From a virus (lineage: Duplodnaviria; Caudoviricetes): 64,000 nt of DNA. The DNA is taken from the IMG/VR virus record IMGVR_UViG_3300017911_001939, positions 32,001 through 96,000 of that record, one strand, 5' to 3'. Of this stretch, positions 58,733 through 64,000 are shown piece after piece. Within the stretch, counting starts at the first letter, position 1; each line of letters opens with the position of its first letter. The translations under genes were made by a program, and so were the position numbers. The notes below the pieces were generated by a model that did not search any database, had not been told where the DNA came from, and was given only the letters and a program-made list of their open reading frames with translations.

Positions 58733-59940
58733 TGGCACAGATCAAGCATTTAACAGATATTACACTTACCGATTCTGGCCTTATGTACAGTCAGGCACCA
58801 ACAGTTACATTTACTGGTGGTTTTGCTGATTCGTCTGATCATATTAAGTTTGGTAATAACTCGCTTGATATGGCGGCTAATCATTATATCTACGAATTAG
58901 ATAGTGGTGAGGCATCAAGCCCGGATGGATTCTTTGCATTCTGGTTGTGGGTTGATAGTGATGCACTACCTGATTCTGCTGGTTCAAATCTAAAACCACT
59001 TGTAGAATTTGGCGATGGTCCAAACCTTAATCGTAGGCGACTTGGCGTTGATAATTTGGGTAGATTAAAGTCTACATTAAAATATGCAAATGCTAATTCA
59101 TTCTTTACCTGGGAAAACCAAGGTTCATATGGACGTATTACAGAAAATCAATGGAACCATGTAATCTTTGGATTTAGTGGTGCTGATCAAGGCCCGGGAA
59201 CAAGAAGGGCAGAGATTGCCATTAATGGTATTAGAACATATTACACAAATTCAACAGCATTCTCTGGAATGTTTGGAGAATCTGGCACTGTATTCGGTTC
59301 TCTTAATCAGGGTGCATATGGAATTGGTGATGTAGTATTTGACTCACCAACTGGCATGTATATGGATAATCTGTATCTTGACAGTGACGATGCAACATTT
59401 ACACTTAGCACAGAAATTGCTGCGCTATACACTAATGATTCTGGCGGAGGTAACTGGTTTAGTAATTCGCTTACAAAACATATGACCTTTGATAATGATT
59501 CTGCTGAGGTATCAACTACAATCGATTCTGACGGTAAAGTATCTAGTATCACAGTCACAAATGGTGGTAATTATATTAGCGCGCCAACAGTAGCATTTAC
59601 AACAGTACCCGCATCTGATGTCAGACAAGGCGATAGCGCATCTCAAGTATTATCTTCAGGTGTTATTGTAAGGGGTGAAGTACTCAAGTATTCTGACTCT
59701 GACGGCATTATCCATATTGGTCATGTTGGTGCAGATGATGGAAAATATCATGACTTCCAAACAGGAAGAACAATTACATTCGGTGGTTTAGATCGTACAT
59801 ATTATAGAGAAGTTGTATTTGTAGGTGATTCAGATCTTAAGTTATCAGAGAACGAACAGAATAGAGACTTTAGCTCTATCTCTGATGACTTCCTTGACTT
59901 TACCGAAGATAATCCATTTGGTGAAGTGGAGAATAATTAA
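58732..59940 (+). CDS. gp14 C-terminal part with LamG/ConA-like insertion
   Basis: KFGNNSL, FWLW, NQWNHV (LamG-like); ends with the gp14-type DFLDFTEDNPFGE. Confidence 0.72.
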   Translation: MAQIKHLTDITLTDSGLMYSQAPTVTFTGGFADSSDHIKFGNNSLDMAANHYIYELDSGEASSPDGFFAFWLWVDSDALPDSAGSNLKPLVEFGDGPNLNRRRLGVDNLGRLKSTLKYANANSFFTWENQGSYGRITENQWNHVIFGFSGADQGPGTRRAEIAINGIRTYYTNSTAFSGMFGESGTVFGSLNQGAYGIGDVVFDSPTGMYMDNLYLDSDDATFTLSTEIAALYTNDSGGGNWFSNSLTKHMTFDNDSAEVSTTIDSDGKVSSITVTNGGNYISAPTVAFTTVPASDVRQGDSASQVLSSGVIVRGEVLKYSDSDGIIHIGHVGADDGKYHDFQTGRTITFGGLDRTYYREVVFVGDSDLKLSENEQNRDFSSISDDFLDFTEDNPFGEVENN

Positions 59941-60734
59941 TGTTTGGTACACACTTTTACCACGAAAAGACTAGAAAATGCGTAGCAGCATTCGGACGGC
60001 TGTTTAACAACATTTATGTTGTTCGTAAAACCAACAGCGGCACAGGTTTGTCTCAACTCAAAGTTCCTTTGTCTTATGCTCCTAAAGCAAAATACTTAGA
60101 TCGTATTCGAGAAAACCCAGACCTTGACACAGATACAAAAGTTGCACTAAAGTTACCTCGTATGTCGTTCGAGATTACGAGCATTAATTACGATACGACT
60201 CGACAACTTTCTAAACTTAATAGCGTGCAAGGTTCAAATAGTAATACTGCACGTAATAAGTTGTTTACTGGTGTCCCATATGTTTTAGGATTCCAGTTAA
60301 ACATTTATGCAAAATCTCAAGATGATGCTTTACAAATTATGGAGCAAATCTTACCAACTTTTAATCCACAATATACACTTACAATGTTGCCATTGAAAGC
60401 TGACTATCCTACATTTAAGGAAGATATTCCTATTAGTATCGCGGGTGTAGGGTTTACAGATGATTTCGATGGCGAGTTAGCAGCACGAAGAACGATTGTT
60501 TATACTATCGACTTCGAAATGAGAATTCAATATCATAGCGGAATCAGTAGTTCTTCTATTATTCGCCAATCAAATGCACGCATCTTCGACCAAGGTGGAG
60601 GCGTGAGCGGCGATTCAGATACAAGACTTGAAACAATTCAGGTAAATCCTGATCCGTTAACAACTATAGGACTAGCAGACAGTGACTTCGGATTCACAAC
60701 AACCATCTTCGACGCAGATTCAGACTACAGATAA
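59940..60734 (+). CDS. gp15: tail sheath stabilizer/terminator
   Basis: MFGTHFYH, FGRLFNNI, VPLSYAPK, LPRMSFE, QILPTFNP. Confidence 0.95.
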   Translation: MFGTHFYHEKTRKCVAAFGRLFNNIYVVRKTNSGTGLSQLKVPLSYAPKAKYLDRIRENPDLDTDTKVALKLPRMSFEITSINYDTTRQLSKLNSVQGSNSNTARNKLFTGVPYVLGFQLNIYAKSQDDALQIMEQILPTFNPQYTLTMLPLKADYPTFKEDIPISIAGVGFTDDFDGELAARRTIVYTIDFEMRIQYHSGISSSSIIRQSNARIFDQGGGVSGDSDTRLETIQVNPDPLTTIGLADSDFGFTTTIFDADSDYR

Positions 60735-61065
60735 CGACTACGATTATAGTCGTGAGACGTACTATGAGTTGATCGAAAAGGGCAAAGATGCACTCGAGGA
60801 CATGATTAACGTGGCTCGAGAGTCTGAGCATCCACGTGCATTCGAAGTATTGTCCGGTATGATTAAGAATATTTCAGACGTCAATGATAGATTGATGGAT
60901 CTGAATAAAAAGAAAAAAGAACTTGATCGTAAAGATGAAACAGTAAAACAGATCGAGAACCAACAAAATAATTTTTATCTTAGTACTTCTGAATTACAAA
61001 AGATGATGGCACAAGGCGAAGTAGTTGATGCAGATCCAGACCCAAAGTTACTTAGGGAATCCTAA
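60682..61065 (+). CDS. gp16: terminase small subunit
   Basis: DYDYSRETYY.LIEKG, ESEHPRAFEV, STSELQK. Confidence 0.92.
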   Translation: MTSDSQQPSSTQIQTTDNDYDYSRETYYELIEKGKDALEDMINVARESEHPRAFEVLSGMIKNISDVNDRLMDLNKKKKELDRKDETVKQIENQQNNFYLSTSELQKMMAQGEVVDADPDPKLLRES

Positions 61066-62614
61066 TGTCAAGAGAGACGGTGTTCAAGAATCGTGGACTC
61101 CTGAAAAAGTTCAGGAGTACAAAAAATGCATGCTGGACCCCGTGTATTTCGCAGAGAAATATGTTAAAGTTATATCTCTTGACTCTGGTCTGGTAGATTT
61201 TAAGTTATATCCCTATCAAAGGGAAATGTTTAAACACTTTAACGAAAACCGGTTCAATGTCGTTCTCGCATGTCGTCAATCTGGCAAGTCAATATCTGCC
61301 TGCGCCTACCTCTTATGGTTCGCGTTATTCAATCCTGAAAAGACAGTTGCGATTCTTGCAAACAAAGGTGCAACTGCGAGAGAAATGCTCTCTCGTATTA
61401 CACTCATGCTTGAGAACATTCCGTTCTTCCTTCAACCAGGTGCTAAGGCTCTCAATAAAGGTAGTATTGAGTTTGGCAATAATAGTCGTATTCTCGCCGC
61501 TGCTACTAGCGGGTCTTCTATCCGTGGTCTCTCTGTTAACTTACTTTATCTAGACGAGTTTGCCTTCGTTGAGCGTGCAGCCGAGTTCTACACCTCGACA
61601 TATCCTGTGGTATCTGCAGGTAAGGACACAAAAATTATTATTACCTCTACTGCAAATGGCATTGGTAATATGTTCTATAAAATTTGGGAAGGTGCAGTAC
61701 AAGAAGTAAACGAGTTTAAATCATTTCGTGTTGATTGGTGGGATGTACCAGGTCGAGACGAAGAATGGAAGAAACAAACGATTGGCAATACAAGCCAACT
61801 ACAGTTTGATCAGGAATTTGGTAATACATTCTTTGGTACAGGTGATACGCTTATCAATGCAGAAACATTGATGTCACTAAAGGCCAAACAACCGGAAACT
61901 GCCCTCGAGGGTGGGGATCTATTAGTATATGAGAAAGTAGAAAAAGGCCACGAATATGTGATGTGTGTAGATGTGGCGAAGGGAAGAGGACAGGACTATT
62001 CAACTTTTAATTTGATCGATATTAGCGTTCGCCCGTTTAGACAGGTTGCTGTATATCGCAATAACACTATTTCTCCAATACTCTTCCCGAATATTATCTA
62101 TAAATATGCGAAAGTCTACAATGAGGCATATATCGTTGTAGAATCAAATGATCAAGGAAGCGTCGTGTGTAATGGATTATATCATGATTTTGAATACGAG
62201 AATTTGCATGCAGAATCTACTGTAAGAGCAAATGATCTAGGTATCAATATGAATCGTAAAGTTAAGAGACTCGGTTGTTCAGCTATCAAAGATATTCTCG
62301 AGACTCAGAAACTAAAGATTGTTGACGAAAATACGATTCTTGAGTGTAGTACATTTGAAGCCAAAGGACAATCATATGAGGCATCTGACGGTAACCACGA
62401 TGACCTTATGATGAATTTAGTTTTATTTGGTTATTTTGTATCTACATCGTATTTTGGAGATATGACTGATATTGACGTAAAGAAAATGCTATTTGACCAA
62501 AAGATGAAAGAAATCGAAGATGATGTTGTGCCATTCGGATTCATCGATGACGCAAGTGACTATGTACCAGAAGATGAAAAACCTGATTGGTACGTCGAAT
62601 ACGATATAAATTAA
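61028..62614 (+). CDS. gp17: terminase large subunit
   Basis: YLGNPNVK, Walker A RQSGKS, Walker B LYLDEFAF, DVAKGRGQDYS, HDDL. Confidence 0.97.
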   Translation: MQIQTQSYLGNPNVKRDGVQESWTPEKVQEYKKCMLDPVYFAEKYVKVISLDSGLVDFKLYPYQREMFKHFNENRFNVVLACRQSGKSISACAYLLWFALFNPEKTVAILANKGATAREMLSRITLMLENIPFFLQPGAKALNKGSIEFGNNSRILAAATSGSSIRGLSVNLLYLDEFAFVERAAEFYTSTYPVVSAGKDTKIIITSTANGIGNMFYKIWEGAVQEVNEFKSFRVDWWDVPGRDEEWKKQTIGNTSQLQFDQEFGNTFFGTGDTLINAETLMSLKAKQPETALEGGDLLVYEKVEKGHEYVMCVDVAKGRGQDYSTFNLIDISVRPFRQVAVYRNNTISPILFPNIIYKYAKVYNEAYIVVESNDQGSVVCNGLYHDFEYENLHAESTVRANDLGINMNRKVKRLGCSAIKDILETQKLKIVDENTILECSTFEAKGQSYEASDGNHDDLMMNLVLFGYFVSTSYFGDMTDIDVKKMLFDQKMKEIEDDVVPFGFIDDASDYVPEDEKPDWYVEYDIN

Positions 62615-62620
62615 AAAAAT

Positions 62621-62628
62621 TATAAATA
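62621..62628 (+). promoter_or_regulatory. late promoter for gp18
   Basis: Intergenic TATAAATA. Confidence 0.88.
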
Positions 62629-62688
62629 GTTACGATAGTTGAATAACCGTATTATGAGTCATATAATTTTTAACCGAAGAGGAAAGCA

Positions 62689-64000
62689 ATGGCACTTTTT
62701 ACTCCATCACAATCTCCTGCGGTAGTAGTCAAAGAAGTAGATCTGACAGGCGGCGTGCCTAATGTACAGTCTACTACTGGTGCTATTGTAGGTAATTACC
62801 GGTGGGGTCCTGTAGATGAGAGAACACTCATCACAAATGAAGCAGGTCTTATCGAGACTTTTGCTACACCGGACACCACTAATAACATCGATTTCATGAA
62901 TGCTGCGATGTTCCTGCAGTATTCTAACTCTCTACAAGTTGTTCGCGGGAATAACGGCGGAACAAACTCGACTGCAAATATCGGTCAAACTAGCAGCTAC
63001 AATCCTGCTAATTATACTGATCCTGTAGTCAAGAACAAATCAAATTTCGATACTCAATTGGCTGCTCTCGACTCTGACGAGCACACGTTTGTAGCGAGAT
63101 TCCCTGGCGATCTTGGTAACTCATTAAGAGTTTCAATTTGCCCGAAATCAACTGACGACTCTGCATTTGATAACTGGGTTTATAAATCTAGCTTTGACGG
63201 TGCACCAAGCGAATCATTTTACGATTCAAATCGTGACGGTTCTGCTACAGAAGTACACGTCGCAGTTGTCGATAAAAACGGCAAATTCTCTGGAACAAAA
63301 GGTACAGTTCTTGAAACATATCCATATGTCTCACTGGCCTCTAACTCAAAGAACTCAAACGGTTCTACAGCGTTCGTTAAAGACATTATTAACGGTCGTT
63401 CAGAATACGTTTATCTTGTTGGATTCGACTCTGACTTTAACGCTGGTAACGCTGGTACAGATCTTACACCTGGCACAGCAAAATCATATGCGACTGCAGA
63501 CGCTGCAGTAGTTAACTATGATTTTGACTCAGGCGCAAATTCATCTGCACTGACTCAAGGCATTTTCCAGACAGCATACGATTTGTTCGATGATAAAGAA
63601 CAAGTTGAAGTAGACTTCCTTATTGCACCAGGTCTTAATGACTCTGCAGATCAAAAGAGCATGGTTAATAGCTTGATTGGTGCGGCAGTTACTCGTAAAG
63701 ACTGTATGGTTGTTGCTTCACCACACCGTGACGCAATTGTTGGTCAGACTAACGAAGCTACAATTACAACAAACATTACAGGCTATGCTAATACACTGCT
63801 TCAGTCTTCTTACCTCGTCAACGATGGTAACTACCTGAAAGTTTACGATAAGCATAACGATCAATTCATCGAGATTCCTGCGGCATCTTCAACTGCTGGT
63901 ATTATGGCGCTGACAGATAGAGATGCAGCTCCTTGGTTCTCACCTGCAGGCGTACGCCGTGGTCAATATCTTGGTGTGACATCGCTGAGCTACAACCCTG
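62689..64000 (+). CDS. gp18: tail sheath protein (3' end outside window)
   Basis: Open frame from ATG 62689: SPAVVVKEVDLT, WGPV, ARFPGDLGNSL, RKDCMVVASP, PWFSPAG.RRG. Confidence 0.95.
   Translation, partial: MALFTPSQSPAVVVKEVDLTGGVPNVQSTTGAIVGNYRWGPVDERTLITNEAGLIETFATPDTTNNIDFMNAAMFLQYSNSLQVVRGNNGGTNSTANIGQTSSYNPANYTDPVVKNKSNFDTQLAALDSDEHTFVARFPGDLGNSLRVSICPKSTDDSAFDNWVYKSSFDGAPSESFYDSNRDGSATEVHVAVVDKNGKFSGTKGTVLETYPYVSLASNSKNSNGSTAFVKDIINGRSEYVYLVGFDSDFNAGNAGTDLTPGTAKSYATADAAVVNYDFDSGANSSALTQGIFQTAYDLFDDKEQVEVDFLIAPGLNDSADQKSMVNSLIGAAVTRKDCMVVASPHRDAIVGQTNEATITTNITGYANTLLQSSYLVNDGNYLKVYDKHNDQFIEIPAASSTAGIMALTDRDAAPWFSPAGVRRGQYLGVTSLSYNP

Noticed and set aside
31924-59940. DS enrichment as a by-product of selection for GANTC (CcrM/HinfI) DNA sites, since GAY-TCN contains GANTC
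   Set aside because: Many DS use GAT-AGT/AGC codons (e.g. 4 of 6 in ORF 35236), and Glu-Ser, which also creates GANTC, is not visibly enriched; a formal count would settle it.
1-64000. Short overlapping or antisense ORFs in the track (e.g. 14062-14610, 32835-33311, 8612-8938, 63167-63511)
   Set aside because: They shadow well-supported genes, lack recognisable motifs, and are expected from codon bias.
1-64000. tRNA, rRNA, CRISPR array, intron, intein or homing endonuclease
   Set aside because: Intergenic gaps are almost all under 90 nt; no repeat-spacer array seen; gp17 has normal length with no intein motifs.
1-64000. Stop-codon reassignment explaining the many short fibre ORFs
   Set aside because: Core genes are full length in the standard code; the short ORFs change frame through TAATG/ATGA coupling and have their own paralogous N-termini.

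Overview
This window is the late (virion morphogenesis) region of a large, AT-rich T4-like myophage of the marine cyanophage/pelagiphage-like type; the host cannot be determined from this window. Core genes run gp26(partial)-gp54-gp2-gp4 on the minus strand. On the plus strand they run gp48-gp53-hub-gp5-PAAR/peptidase-gp25-gp6-gp7-gp9/10-like-gp8-1700 aa structural protein, and later gp13-split gp14-gp15-gp16-gp17-gp18(partial). Many T4 late promoters (TATAAATA) drive them. Two large accessory blocks sit inside this scaffold. (1) An 11-kb antisense operon (20.0-31.2 kb) of 15 genes, mostly modification enzymes: three GT-A glycosyltransferases, a NodU-type carbamoyltransferase, a DegT aminotransferase, two radical SAM enzymes, a QueC-like PP-loop enzyme, an SGNH protein, a methyltransferase, a kinase-like protein and a nitroreductase. 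It has its own late promoter. (2) A 25-kb fibre/adhesin region with a U32/methyltransferase/transporter sub-cassette and about 25 small modular adaptor and head genes. The most striking signal is a strong enrichment of the dipeptide Asp-Ser in the likely surface-exposed virion proteins (up to 23 in 532 aa), but not in enzymes or buried core proteins. My main hypothesis (inference) is a phage-encoded virion 'cloaking' system in which D-S is a sequon modified by the late-expressed glycosylation/tailoring cassette. Annotations come from motif recognition and synteny only; no searches were run, and dipeptide counts were made by hand.
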